A stretch of DNA of 48,215 nt from Octopus bimaculoides (GCF_001194135.2 NC_068987.1:29388123-29436337), one strand, 5' to 3'. Positions 1 through 12,112 are shown, numbered from the stretch's first letter. A program made the numbers and translations. The notes: a model not told the origin generated them from the letters alone.

Positions 1-9
1 ATATATTCT

Positions 10-66
10 TTTATTCGTTTATTCTTTTATGTGTTTAATCCCTGACGCTGTAGCCATGCTGTACCA

Positions 67-70
<4 letters not shown>
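10..70 (-). mobile_element. 3' end fragment of SINE family B
   Basis: Reverse complement gcggtggtacagcatggctacagcgtcaggg...aaaagaataaa resembles the 3' end of family-B copies at 16285-16459 and 31670-32040. Confidence 0.5.

Positions 71-108
<38 letters not shown>
71..108. repeat. (AT)n microsatellite
   Basis: Perfect atatat run seen directly. Confidence 0.95.
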
Positions 109-111
<3 letters not shown>

Positions 112-1160
112 CGACAGATTAAGCAGTATGAATACCAAAAGGCAATCACTATAACCAAATTAATGTGAATGCCGTGTTAGGACGCCGAATACTGTGGTTT
201 TTGCCTTGAGAGGGCTTCTGATATGGATGCATAGTGCATAAAACCACACACATATTGTCGAGATGTAGTGACTTTTCATGCACGAACGTTGCCAATATCC
301 AGCAGTCTCATTGAAAATAAGTATTATATTTATGTGTGTAAATTCATATATATATATACACTCATATATACACGCACACAATATATACCTATATAGGTAT
401 AGTTCTTCTTTCATGGTATGTGTTGATAACTATGTGAAAAGCACGAATGAAGTTCAAAATGTAAAGGTATGCATTGTAGAATTTGATCATAAAACCGAGT
501 GCCATGAAATTAAACATTGAAGCTCTTTATAAAAAAAATACCTTATTTCTTTCTGATCTTCATTCATTATTTTAAGGATGTTTTCAATGTTGCTTTTCAG
601 GTCTCTGGAATCATTAATATAGTGTACCGATAGCGTAAAATGTTGAATTATGATATAGCTGCTTTGTTGATATACCATCAGCAAGAACTAAGGCAAAGAA
701 GAATTTAAAGAAGAGTTGAGTTGGTACAACGACAACAAAAGTGTGTAGGCAATAACGTTTCGGATTTTTATTCTTCATCTGAATGTGATGAAACAATGAT
801 ATGGTGTCATAGAACGCATGGTGGAAGGATTTCAACTGACGTAGTGGTTTGATGATAATGTATGAGATGGCTTAGGGTTTGTTCGAATGTACTAAAGCCG
901 TTGTAATCCTACAATAGAAGAAACCTATGTCTGCTCTACCCATAAGCTAGAAATAGCAACCATTTTTTATTATTCTATGTATACTCTTCTGTTTTGAAAA
1001 ACAAAGAACATATTGGATAATGTATGACTAGAATGTTTTTGATAGTGCTAGGTAAATAATAGCAGCATGCATTCTTTTTGCCTCTTGAAGCTACTTTTAT
1101 TTATTTATTGTTTATATTACATTTTATTTTTATTTATATTATGAGTTTTTTTTTAATTAT

Positions 1161-1210
1161 GTAGATTGTTTGGTAATTCAGTAGATTGTTTGGTAATTCA
1201 GTAGATTGTT
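1161..1210. repeat. 20-bp tandem repeat x2.5 (gtagattgtttggtaattca)
   Basis: Two perfect copies plus a 10-bp partial copy, seen directly. Confidence 0.95.
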
Positions 1211-2289
1211 GTATTTTAGACAGGAAAATTTTACATTGGAGTTATTGTAGCTATTCCCATAAAAAATGTAAGTATATTTTCTTTCTTTTTAATCGTTAAA
1301 TGCGATCGAAAATATCATTACTTCCCCCTTTTTATATGTATTTGCATTTGCGTTGATAACATTACAAGTTTAAGAGCAGCTAAGATAAACTGGATTAGAT
1401 TTGCAAATATGCAATTCGACAAACGGTTTTCAGAGAATTATTCTGGTAGATGAGTTTCAATATTGATATTTTCGATCCTTTTTATAAAACGTTTATCTTG
1501 TAGTTGAAAATGTTAGTCTGAAGTTTTAAATGTTGTTACCGTATTGGTTTTGCTCATCAATGATCTGAGTTCGATTCCTTACAACCCAACTTACTTTTTG
1601 TCATTCTGCGTTAAATAAGTATTAAATGCCCACTTGGATCACTTCAAATTATTAAACTATTTCTTTTCTAAGTGCTAGTATGAGAAAACAATATCAGAAA
1701 TCGAAGTGCAGAACAAAATATATTTCACTATTCGACTAAGTGCCTTTACGTTCTTCATTTAATCCTGCTGTGCTCGCTTTACTTTCCACCGTTCCAGGGC
1801 CGATAGAATATATACCAGTTAAATGATTATTCGATTAAACGGACTGTAAACCTTACCATATTTCTATCTTACTATCAATGCCAATACTGATTCATAACAT
1901 ACACACAAGATCTGAAATTTTGAAGAAAGAAAAATTTGATTGTATGAACTCTAGTACTTGATTGACACTTTATTTTATTGATTCCAGATGAACGAAAGAC
2001 TAAACTTAATTTCACCAGGGATTCAACTCTTAAGGAAATTGACCGTAACAAACTAGAGACGCTCTAAATGTTCGACCTCAATGAAATATTATTGTTTTAT
2101 AAAATGCTTACTCAACATTAATCAAAATCAATATCGTTGATTTCTTATTCAGGTACAAAAGGTGTGATATTTTAGGGCAGTAATTAGTTGGTACTGTTAA
2201 CCACAGTACTCGTCTGAGGATCTCCTGTAATTAATAGTATCATATTTGAAGTATTCATTAATCAAAATTAATAATAATAATGATTTCAA

Positions 2290-2436
2290 GTTTTAGCTCA
2301 AGACTAGCAATTTCGGGTGAGGGCATAAATCGAATACATCGTCCCCTGTGTTCAACTGGTACTCATCCGAAAGGATGAAAGGCAAAGTCGAGCTCGGCAG
2401 AATTTGATCTCACAACAGACGAAATGCCGTAAGGCG
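2290..2436 (-). mobile_element. SINE family A, internally deleted copy
   Basis: Contains ccgaaaggatgaaaggcaaagtcgagctcggcagaatttga, the reverse complement of the core of the 8586-8822 copy. Confidence 0.75.
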
Positions 2437-2701
2437 GTCGATAAAATAAGTACCAGTTGATAAAATAAGTAACAATTGAGCATAGGAATGGATGTAATCC
2501 ACTTACCTCGCCTCCAAAATTGCTGGCCTTGTGACAGAATTTGAAACCAATATTAAAACCATTTTCCCATTGCCAAATTTGTTCCTATGCTATTTCGTTG
2601 CAAATTTTGTTGATCGCAGCTGGGCTATCAAAAGAGGAATACTTCACGAGTGGTTTAACTGGTATCCGCCAATGAAATTACACACACAAAATATTTTTTG
2701 C

Positions 2702-2885
2702 TACTTTATACACAAGGCCCGAAATTTGGTGAGAGGGGGCCAGTCGAATTCTCGATACCAGTACGCATCCAAAAGGATGAAAGGCGAAATCGACCTTGGT
2801 GGAATTTGAACTCAAAACGTAAAGACAGACGAAATACCGCTAAGCATTTCGCCCGGTGTGCTAACGATTCTGACAGCTTGCCGCC
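2702..2885 (-). mobile_element. SINE family A (tRNA-type head)
   Basis: Reverse complement starts ggcggcaagctgtcagaatcgttagcacaccgggcgaaatgcttagcggtatttcg and has B-box-like gagttcaaattcc; colinear with 8586-8822. Confidence 0.85.
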
Positions 2886-3779
2886 TTTCCACACACAAAA
2901 TATTGTTCAACACAAACTGTACAGTGTGGTGAATTGGTTGCGAAACGAACTTGTGAACTACAAACGATGCTTACACTCTGATCTGAACCAATTAGATAAT
3001 TATCAACGATATATTAAACTGGATTTATTCCCTTCCCGAATCTTCCGTTATTTCAGGAGGATATCCGTTTAGTGAGGCCAGATCGAGAGACAATGCATCA
3101 TGCCTGGTAACTAAATCACTTTTGCTTCTAAGAAATAAATCAAATTTTGGGAAACCTGCATTCAAAAATCGTTTCATTACATTTTCGTTTCATTTTAAAA
3201 ATTAATTGACATTAACCTCCGGCTCATTTCTAAATGCAAAAAAAAAAAGAAACAGAAATTATATCCTTTCCACAGTAGTATTAATAATGATTAGTGATAA
3301 TCCCTTATAGATTAGTGACTATTTTCTTTAATTACTTCGAAGCAGCCAACCGCGGTTATTTTAATTATTTTCATCTCTTTTGCTTTATATTACAACAAAA
3401 AGACATCGTTTAATTCTTTGACTAATTATAACCTTGCATGGCAATTAACTTTCCCATCAATATTGTTAGAGAATAATTAAACTATGTGTTCCTAGTTGGA
3501 ATAAATTGATTATTGGACCTGCAGAGTTTAACATGAAGTAATATTAGTGGTTTGAAAAAGGCATAAACATATATTATGCATCGAGGAAAGTCTTTCAAAT
3601 GAGCTGCAAACACGTTTATGTTAGAATATTAAGAACCACAAACTACAGTCACTGCTACAATACTGTACAAGTTTGTTAATCGAATGCTGGGTTGGGGGGT
3701 CAGTAAGAATTAGAGTATGATGAAAGATGGAGTGACAGAAATTGGCAGAGATCAGAACAAGCGGTAGTAAGAAACTCTA

Positions 3780-4385
3780 AGGAGAGATGAACAGTTGAAG
3801 ATCTTCATAGAAGCTCCATCTCATGCAAGCGTTTCGTCCATTACACTCTTAGTGGACCGGACTGCGTGGACCTTAGTGAACCGGACTTAGTGGACCGGAA
3901 GGGTATCCAGCTATTGACTACTGGATACCCCTCCTCTACCACGGTTTGTGCTATTGTCTGCACTGGTTGGTCAAGGTGCCTCAGACTGATCTAAGGTACT
4001 GTGGGTATTGTAACCAGCTCAGTCGACGATGCTAATATAATGGCTGGTAAATTATAGCTTTTAAATTCACTTCCATTCCTCTTTGACTAGATTCAGTTTG
4101 AACTACTCTCAGCTGCTTTTGCCATTGCCTTAAGAGCTCTAGTTTTCTTTTTCCCAGAAATTGAGAGCCGCTTCATGAGATCTTCAGCACCTACAAAACC
4201 TCTTGCACCCACCTCTATGGCGAGAACATTAGTTAGGAAGCAATATTCTCTGGTCTGATGGCTAAACTGTTATACATTTCTGTATTTTAATCGTGGGTTT
4301 TAATGTTGCGTTCCAATGTTGTGAGTTGGTATACCATCGACATCAAATATAAATTTACTTCCTCTCGGATCAACAAAATAAGCGG
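3780..4385 (-). mobile_element. Decayed 3' end of an RLE-type non-LTR retrotransposon (R2/NeSL/Hero-like endonuclease C-terminus plus probable 3' UTR)
   Basis: Minus-strand translation QLTTLERNIKTHD*NTEMYNSLA then, after a frameshift, NVLAIEVGARGFVGAEDLMKRLSISGKKKTRALKAMAKAAESSSN*I*SKR. This matches the ELTxPxExN...KY and EVGxRGF...AAExxSxWLWxKR pattern of RLE LINE C-termini. Confidence 0.65.
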
Positions 4386-4462
4386 TTGACATGTAGAGAA
4401 ATAGAATCAATCAAGTATATTCGTCTCGCAAAAGGTATTACTCTGTTCTGTGTTTGAAAATA

Positions 4463-5603
4463 ATTGGGTAGGCTGAAAAGTTCATAGGCTGACTATGAAA
4501 GAGCTGTAAAATCTCGCTTGAGATGTGAAAGCTTGTATGAATTAATTTCAACCTTTCTTATTAATAACTGCAATGTTTCTTTCCAGGTAAACTGACATCT
4601 TGCTTTTCAAAGAAAACTTCAAAAGTAACTAGTTTCAACTTCACTTGAAAACGGACAAAAATTGGCATCGTATTTTTATCAAGTACCTGCAGGAAAGGGT
4701 TTTAGGTCCCAACGACATTCATGCTGATATGGTTGTTGCATTAGGGGATGACGCTTCCGGTTACCATCAATACGAAAGTGAGCTGCTGAATTTAGGCGGG
4801 GAAGGGAGGATTGATGAAAGATTGAAGATTGACTATAAATCAAATAGCCAATCCTATTAGCATAATACGTGAGAGAGTTGAGAATATTCTGCACAAAGGA
4901 CTAGGAATGGCGAAGGTTTCTGCTCGGTGGGTGTCAAGTGTTCTGACACCTGATCAAAAGTACACCATACTTATCACAGCATGTCGTCAAAATCAGACAT
5001 GGATGAGTGTTGGATTCATCACTTTGAGCCAGAGACAGAAAGACAATCCATGCAATGGAAATACTTCCCCACCACCACACCACATTCTTGCTCCAAAGAA
5101 GGCTACGTTTGTCTCATCTGCAGGGAAGGTGATGACCTCAGTTTTTTGGGGGATGAAAAAAGCGTTGTGTTCATTGACTATCTTCAAAAGAAAGGGACTC
5201 GCAAGACCATGAAGATCAAATGCCCAGGAAAACTGACGAAACGGATTTTCTTTCGCTAAGGCAATACTCCAGCACACCAGCCCTTTGCTTGAATGGCTGC
5301 TGTATGTGACTGTAGCTTTGAACTGGCTGATCATCTTCCCTCTTCTCCTGATTTGCCTTCATTTGACTATCATCTGTTCCCCAACATGAAAACCATTTAG
5401 CTGCTGAACCAGCAACTCAGTGCTGATGACGTCATATTTGCTATTGATGAATTTTTGACGGACAGGATGAAAGCTTCTTTGCTAATGGGATCCAGGCACT
5501 GCGTGTGCAAACCGCATGAGGAGTATGTTGAAAAATAAAAGTCATTTGGTATCATTCCATGAGAGTTTTTTGGTCAGACTATGAACTTTTCATTCCAACC
5601 TCT
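4463..5603 (+). mobile_element. Mariner (DD34D) DNA transposon, decayed, with both TIRs and TA flanks
   Basis: Left TIR ta-attgggtaggctgaaaagttcataggctgac (4461-4493); right TIR gtcagactatgaacttttcattccaacctct-ta (5573-5605). Transposase remnants: IKYLQERVLGPNDIHADMVVALGDD, VSARWVSSVLTPDQK (WVPHEL-type motif), DECWIHHFEPETERQSMQW, SAGKVM, and G(D)NTPAH-...-SSPDLPSFDY with exactly 34 residues between the 2nd and 3rd catalytic positions. Multiple stops and frameshifts. Confidence 0.9.
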
Positions 5604-5989
5604 TATTTATTCTGTGATAGAAAATAGAGAAGCAGCAAAACAGTTTAGATTCTAACTAAATAAATTCAAGTACTCGATCCAATTATTTGACTAAATTATA
5701 TTAAAAATAAAAACTGGCTATACTTCTCTGAATTCACATGAAAAAATAAGTGCAGTGTAGCGTGTTTCGAAGTGCAAGAATTAACTTCATGGCAAGTACG
5801 TTTCGCTTTCCCTTAACAGTTTTAATTCATTCACGCTTTGTGCAAAATAAGAAATGTAATCAGGCTGTTCGGACTAAATTTGACGGTATTTTATGTCATC
5901 TTTTTCAGCTAGATAATTATTTTCGCCGCGTATCAAAATACCGATATTATGACTGATTCACAATGCTCTGTGAACACTGTAAGGGCTGT

Positions 5990-6650
5990 AAGACGTGACT
6001 TGTATGCTGCAACAGAGACTATGAAGCCTTGGCCAGCAGGAAGAGACACAGCAGACGTTTCGAGAGTGTCTGCACACCGAAATTCACTCCTTATATTTGA
6101 AAAGAGCCCTTAGCGTCAATTCAGACGGTTGTGTGAAGTTGTTGGACAATGTGGTTTAAGCTTGACTGGAGAGGGTTACTGCGGGTAGAGCGCTGTATCT
6201 GTGGCAGCAGGATTCAGCTCCTTGACATACCACCGGAGTCAGAAGTAGTTGTCGGAGAATTTCTAGGACTTCACCAGCTCCAATTTCTGGCCTTCTAATT
6301 CCTGAGATTGTAATCCCATGGATTTTTGAGGTGGGTGTATGGGAGGGGTACTTGACCAAGGCACCACCTGCTCAGCCTGCAACATCAAGCCTAAGCTGGT
6401 GGAGAAGAACAAGGAAGTATTCGAAGATCTTTCCGGGGACACAGTGAAGAATGCATGTACCAAGCCCCAGAGCAGTCTTAATCCGTGGTGGAAGGTGAAA
6501 GCGGTTACTTAGAATAAACTCTTATCTCCCAGCCATAATACTTGATATTTTTTTTTTGATTTTTTAAAAATACCTTTAATTTTGGATGGGAAATTTGCTT
6601 CCTTTTCCTTTTATGTAATTTACCAAATTTAGCTCGAACACACTCTGTCA
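5990..6650 (+). mobile_element. IS630-Tc1-mariner transposon remnant, DD37D (maT-like) transposase C-terminal half
   Basis: Translation PYIFEKSLSVNSDGCVKLLDNVV*A*LERVTAGRALYLWQQDSAP*HT / SQK*LSENF*DFTSSNFWPSNS*DCNPMDF ... CSACNIKPKLVEKNKEVFEDLSGDTVKNAC. Reconstructing across one frameshift gives QQD-x37-D spacing. Confidence 0.75.
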
Positions 6651-7104
6651 TGTTATTTCTCTTCAAATATTGGGCATTTTTGCTTCAACCAGAAACCAAC
6701 AAGGAGGGCCATGCAATACAGTTTAGAAATGACGTAACCTGAATTCGGTTTGTCATTATAAAACTCTCATTTAGAACATCACAGCATCTCAGTCCCCATT
6801 TTCTAGATATATTCAGTTGAATGGGACCAGAAGTCAATTTGTGATTTTAGTTCACTATGAAACATTTAGAACCGTTTTATGGTCTCAATTCTAGGTTACA
6901 TCGACTATATTTTAATTACGCTGTTAACGCTCTTGAACAATGCTTGAACATCACATAAATCATATGAGCGTTTTGGTTTGTATGGAATCTATAGCGATGT
7001 TTGAAGGACAACAGTGTAACTGTAGAGCTTGAGACAGAATATCTAAATTTATTTAATAACGTTCATACAACGAGTTTATAAGTGTGTGCAGCACAGTTGA
7101 TCGG

Positions 7105-7290
7105 GGCTGGCGATCTTGAGGTAATGAATTCAGTTCTCCGACAGAGCGACGCGTTGAGTCCCTGAATAAGGGGCACTGTTATTTTCCTAAACCAGTCCAC
7201 TCAGCTAAAAAAATTATAGGTGCAATTGTCATTAATCTTACGATGGACTGACATCCAATTCATGGGAGGGTCTTGCAAATTCAGTCATAT
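7105..7290 (+). mobile_element. SINE family C, degenerate
   Basis: cgacgcgttgagtccctgaataaggggcactgttattttcctaaaccagtccactcagct shares the ccagtccactcagct / ccaatctattcagctg core with 32100-32220 and, inverted, with ~14440-14500. Confidence 0.5.
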
Positions 7291-7782
7291 AAACGCCGCG
7301 AAAAACCACAATTACCCGGACGACATCTGGTTCAAATCATTGGATTAGAAACTACCGCATTACCTTTCTGAAACTTCTAAAGGGATTTCAAGGAGAGAAT
7401 TTGCATGCGCTCCAGTGTTGTAATTTTAGGTTGATGAAACGTAAACATTAATGGTACTGCGGCGAATTTGAACTGAATTTCTATGTAGTAGTAGATCAAT
7501 ATCATATCCACAAACCAGTCTCTTTATGAAGAACATTGACGCTAAGCTTAAGATTAGAGTAATTTTGCAACAAAACAAAGTATAGAGGAATAGTAGAGAA
7601 TAGAGATATGAGGAAGAAAATGGAGAAATGTTGACAGCAATGACTGAAGTGTAATAGTTACATTAAATGATAGTTGTACGCAACGGAAAGAAGAGCATAG
7701 CAGTTAAAATTCCCAGGAGAAGGACTGTTAGCATGAAACATTTAAGATGGAAAATCAGATGGCCGTGAACGCCTGATAGGCG

Positions 7783-7827
7783 TCTCTCTCTCTCTCTCTC
7801 TCTCACACACAAAAACACACACACACT
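7783..7827. repeat. (CT)n-(CA)n compound microsatellite
   Basis: Seen directly. Confidence 0.9.
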
Positions 7828-7984
7828 GAGTTTCTATCTTCCTCGTTTTCTTTCTTTCTGTCTTGAAAGCCGGTAACAGAGGACAGTCAGGATTCTATTG
7901 AGGCCCCACGAGAACTTTGATTGACTGATCTTTCACTAAGCTATTTCGAAAGTCAACATCTATAAAAGTTGTTTCCATTTTCAG

Positions 7985-8048
7985 GAGTGACAGCATACAT
8001 TTTGCAACGGACATATTTTTATTCTGCACGATATTCACTCAAAATCCG
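7985..8048 (+). other. Candidate internal exon (64 nt), coding status unknown
   Basis: Acceptor gttgtttccattttcag| and donor ccg|gtaaga; two of three frames open (SDSIHFATDIFLFCTIFTQNP or VTAYILQRTYFYSARYSLKI). No partner exon established. Confidence 0.3.
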
Positions 8049-8585
8049 GTAAGAAATTGAATGTACTAATATATATATATCGTGTCGACTACTATACACC
8101 TAACACTCTGTAGTATAAGATATATTGTATCGTATTTTCCATTATAGTTTTGTGTCGCGGTAGCGATTAATGTGTACAGAGTAAATGACAAAGACTACTA
8201 GCACTCTAGGATTAGCAATATCTAAATACAGTATCTACTGAAAGTTGAGTTCAAATTCTCTTAGTTTGTAATAATATATTTAAATCAATGTTAATAATGT
8301 ATGCTTTTCGATTACTAAAAAAAAATAGATACTTAATGAAGTTTTAGCTTTGTAGTGATTTAGCATGGGAGAAATTGCAGGCAAATACTCATCTGATCAT
8401 TTTAAACCAAACCACTTTAGAGGTAAACATTAGGTAATATACTTCTCTATAATCCTAAAACTTGCCGTGATTTGTCTTGGATGGGGAGCCTTTGATCACA
8501 AGCATACTAGATGAAAAATCACGGGGCCATAATTAGAAAGTGGAAAACCGATTTTGTTTCTCTGCTTAACAGAAATAATTGTCAG

Positions 8586-8822
8586 GGCGGAGAGCTGGCA
8601 GAAACGTTAGCTCGCCGGGCGAAATTCTTAGCAGTATTTCATCTGTCTTTACGTTCTGAGTTCAAATTCCGCCGAGGTCGACTTTGCCTTTCATCCTTTC
8701 GGGGTCGATAAATTAAGTACCAGTTACGCACTAGGGTCGATGTAATCGACTTAATCCCTTTGTCTGTCCTTGTTTGTCCGCTCTATGTTTAGCCCCTTGT
8801 GGGCAATAAAGAAATAAGAAAT
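8586..8822 (+). mobile_element. SINE family A, near full length and best-preserved copy
   Basis: Head ggcggagagctggcagaaacgttagc (A-box-like), gagttcaaattcc (B-box-like), core gtcgactttgcctttcatcctttcggggtcgataaattaagtacc, and an A-rich tail aaagaaataagaaata. Confidence 0.9.
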
Positions 8823-9051
8823 AATTGTCATTGTTACTGTTAAGCCTCAAGTTGAACCGTGTTGAGCAAACCTATCATTAAAGGCTTTCCAGCCGTGACG
8901 ATCCTCTTTTACTTTTTCACGATAAATATTTTCCAATGTGTTCTCCAATTTTAAAGAAGACTGAGTTGAATTTCACGGAGATTTGACTACCATTTCTAGC
9001 AAGTCGAACAACCATATATAGGCGCCAAGTTCCCTTCATTTATTACTTCTA

Positions 9052-9222
9052 TATGTGTGTGTGTGTGTGTGTGTGTGGTTTGTGTGTGTCTGCGTTTTTT
9101 TATGTCCTGTACCCATATATGCATGTGTCTAAACATATATATGTAGGTATGTTCATATATGTATGTATATATGCATATATGTATATTATATATATATATG
9201 TGTGTGTGTGTTTGTGCGCGTG
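9052..9222. repeat. (GT)n/(TA)n microsatellite mosaic
   Basis: Seen directly. Confidence 0.9.
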
Positions 9223-10659
9223 CTAAAATGAACGATCCAAATACTCGCAATGTTTAACAGAATCTAATCCATAGTGCAAAAAAAAATAACACAATAATTT
9301 TCGATTTCTTTATGAAAAAATATAAATATATTAATCTTAGTCTCAGTTTCTTGCCATGAAGTATCGAGTGACTTATATGTTGCTCTTGGAATTTGAATAC
9401 TTACGCTGCTCCCCTTCTAATTTTCCAACACGGGCCTATTTTGCCGAATACCAACTCAGAATTTCGAATCTGAGAGTCGAGAATCCATAACACAGGACAG
9501 GGGTCTATTCCAAGTAAGATCAGTCGGCGTCAGCTATTACTCGTGTAAAGTACGGACATAAAGCTCTCTAGCAATAACGAAGTTCACTATTTACTGTACG
9601 TGTTAATATATTGCCAGATTATAAGGTTTTGATTTTATATCAGATGCAGATAAGAAAAGGAATATGTCTACTAAAATATTCATCGAAACAGTTGAATTCA
9701 AACAGAAACCAATCATATGGTCGTCTACCCCCACAGAGGTCAATAGTGTTAATGCCAGTTGCATCTTATGGGATATTCAACTTCATAATACATCTTTTAC
9801 GAAATGAAGTAGGCTCTCATTTTGCCGAAATATGAACCACGGAACCCATGTACAAAGACACTATGAAAGTATCAAACGTTTATAAATTTGATTCAGACGA
9901 ATAGAAATATAATCTTACATGAAAGGGTTGTACTTTTTTTTTTAATGATTACTATGAAAAGAATTTTTTTTTTAATGTTTAATCCAGTTTTATAAAATAA
10001 TTCTACCGCAACTTTGAAAGTTTGTATTAAATATACAATATTATTTTTTTCCTCAAGTTACTTTTAATCACATTTTACGAACTGTAATTTTTTTAAAAAA
10101 AATTTACCGACTCGATTTCTGTTTGAAAACCCTTAAATTTTTTAGGGCGAGGTGGAAGGCGAGGATTCAATATGGATGGCTGATTCATATATCTCCTTTA
10201 TTTCTCTCAACTTCAGCAAGTGAAGATTAATAAATAACAATTTTGTTGGTCTTGAAAATGTTATTATATTTTCCTTTTTCCGTGGAATATTTGAATAGCA
10301 GTATCCAATTACTCTCTATTACAGTAATGTTTACAATATAGCATCAAATCGTGCATCAATCGCAATAAATTAATCAAACTCATTCCTCAAATGTGATATC
10401 CATGCTATCATAACAGAGCATTAATTCAAAATGTAAACACCTATTAGCTTGTAAAGAAAAACAGCCAAATATCAATCTAATCCAAGAAAATATATCACAC
10501 TTTCGTTTAATATCGATAAATATGTCGCTATCATCACCATCAAAAGCATGTTAAGGAAAATGTTCGCATTAAGAGATATTTTATTAACGTACTTTATATC
10601 AATATTGATACCCTATTTCATCGATGACGCGGGCAGCTGCTCCTCATATAAGTTTGTGT

Positions 10660-10700
10660 GAGTGTGTGAGTATGCACGTGTGTCTCTGTATGCTTATATA

Positions 10701-10753
<53 letters not shown>

Positions 10754-11133
10754 TAAAAAAAACAATAACAAAAAAACAAAAAAACAACAAAGTGAGGACG
10801 TGATATGGATAGTATTATTGGACGCTCAGGAAAGGAAAGAACGCGCGCATATACGTGTCTAAGTTTACATATATGGGTGCATATATTTTCATATATACAT
10901 TTACATACATATATATATGCATACATAAATGTTTGGTGTGTATAAATATATATAGAGAGAGAGAGACAGAGGGGGAGAGAGAGAGAGAAAGAGAGGGAGA
11001 GAGAGAGTTGAAATTTACAGAAATACGAGAAAACGAAGACAGGTGTATAAACAACAAGCAGGCGTATTAGTTTGACGCTCAGGAAGGTGAGAAAGTCTTA
11101 AATACGCATATTATATAAACACATATAAAAGTA

Positions 11134-11176
<43 letters not shown>

Positions 11177-11280
11177 GCGCGCTTGTGTGCGCGTGTGTAT
11201 AGATAGATAGATAGATGTTTGTCTAAGTATGCACATAAGTTTATATATGTAAGTATATGTGCGTGTGCGTGTGCGTGTGT
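10660..11280. repeat. Microsatellite mosaic (GT, TA, GA, GATA) interleaved with a repeated ...gacgctcaggaa motif
   Basis: tattattggacgctcaggaa at ~10814-10833 and tattagtttgacgctcaggaa at ~11066-11086, with microsatellites seen directly. Confidence 0.7.
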
Positions 11281-11319
11281 GTCCCCAAGGAAGTTAGGGG
11301 TTGTGAATCCAACCCACAA

Positions 11320-11545
11320 CATAAACACACCGGCATCGGTTGTCAAGCGATGTTCAGGGGACAAACACAGACACACAAACATATACACATACATACATAT
11401 ATACATATATACAACGGACTTGTTTCAGTTTCTGTCTACCAAATCCACTCAAAAGGCTTTACTCGGTCAAAGGCAATAGTAGAAGACAGTAGCCTAAGGT
11501 GCCAAGCAGTGGGACTTAACCTGGAACCATGTGGTTGGAGAGCAA
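11320..11545 (-). mobile_element. SINE family B (5' two-thirds; head runs into gap)
   Basis: Reverse complement contains ccaaccacatggttccaggttaagtcccactgcttggcacctt...gagtggatttggtagacagaaactgaaacaagtccgt, an internal TA/GT tract, and gcttgacaaccgatgccggtgtgttta. Confidence 0.85.
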
Positions 11546-11705
11546 NNNNNNNNNNATATATATATATATATATATATACATATAAATTTGGAACTTACTC
11601 TCCCTCTACCACTCTTTCTCCTTACCCCTCGCTGGAACATGTGTCCAGCTACTACTTCCTTTCTTACCTTGGCCGTCGCCAAACTCACACGAACTATTCT
11701 TCGGT

Positions 11706-12112
11706 ATGGTAGAAGCCATAGCCACTCATAATGAGTACTGGTGGAATGTTCCAGAGAAAATCTCAATAAAATGTAAGCATAATATACCTGACGTAGTGAT
11801 CTCGGCTAGAGAAGAGCAACTGTGTACAGTTGTGGAAATCAGCTGCCCAACGGATGTTAACATAAAGCTAAAGATCAGCGAAAACGAAAACGCTGAACTA
11901 TTGAAAAATGTACACATAATCTACCCAGAATATAAGTTCATGCTTATGCCTATAATTATTGGGGACCTGGGGTATGTACCACACTGCTTAAGTACCAATC
12001 CTGAGAAATTAGGCTTCTCAAAACCAAAAATGAAAAGACTGATCCGAAGACTGCTGAGCCAATCCAAAACAGGATCTATAAAAATTTGTAAAACTTTCCA
12101 GAAGTTTATCAC
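11706..12112 (+). mobile_element. RLE-type LINE (R4/Dong-like), 3' fragment encoding the restriction-like endonuclease domain
   Basis: Open frame EYWWNVPEKISIKCKHNIPDVVISAREEQLCTVVEISCPTDVNIKLK...MPIIIGDLGYVPHCL...EKLGFSK...TGSIKICKTFQKF. It shows the PD...E-x-x-C-P-x-D and PIIIGxLG motifs of RLE domains and ends in CA repeats. Confidence 0.85.

Noticed and set aside
3848-3900. CRISPR-like repeat array (also 1161-1210)
   Set aside because: Eukaryotic context, head-to-tail short repeats without unique regular spacers, and no cas genes.
4645-5334. Host genes for the ORFs at 4645, 4829, 4981 and 4993
   Set aside because: They are frameshifted pieces, or the antisense strand, of the TIR-bounded mariner transposase.
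8586-8670. tRNA genes at SINE heads (also 22028 and 31670)
   Set aside because: A/B-box-like motifs are present, but I see no cloverleaf and each continues into a shared SINE body.
8996-11712. H/T-, Y/I-, C/V- and R/E-rich ORFs
   Set aside because: Direct translations of CA, TA, GT and GA microsatellites and SINE internal tracts.
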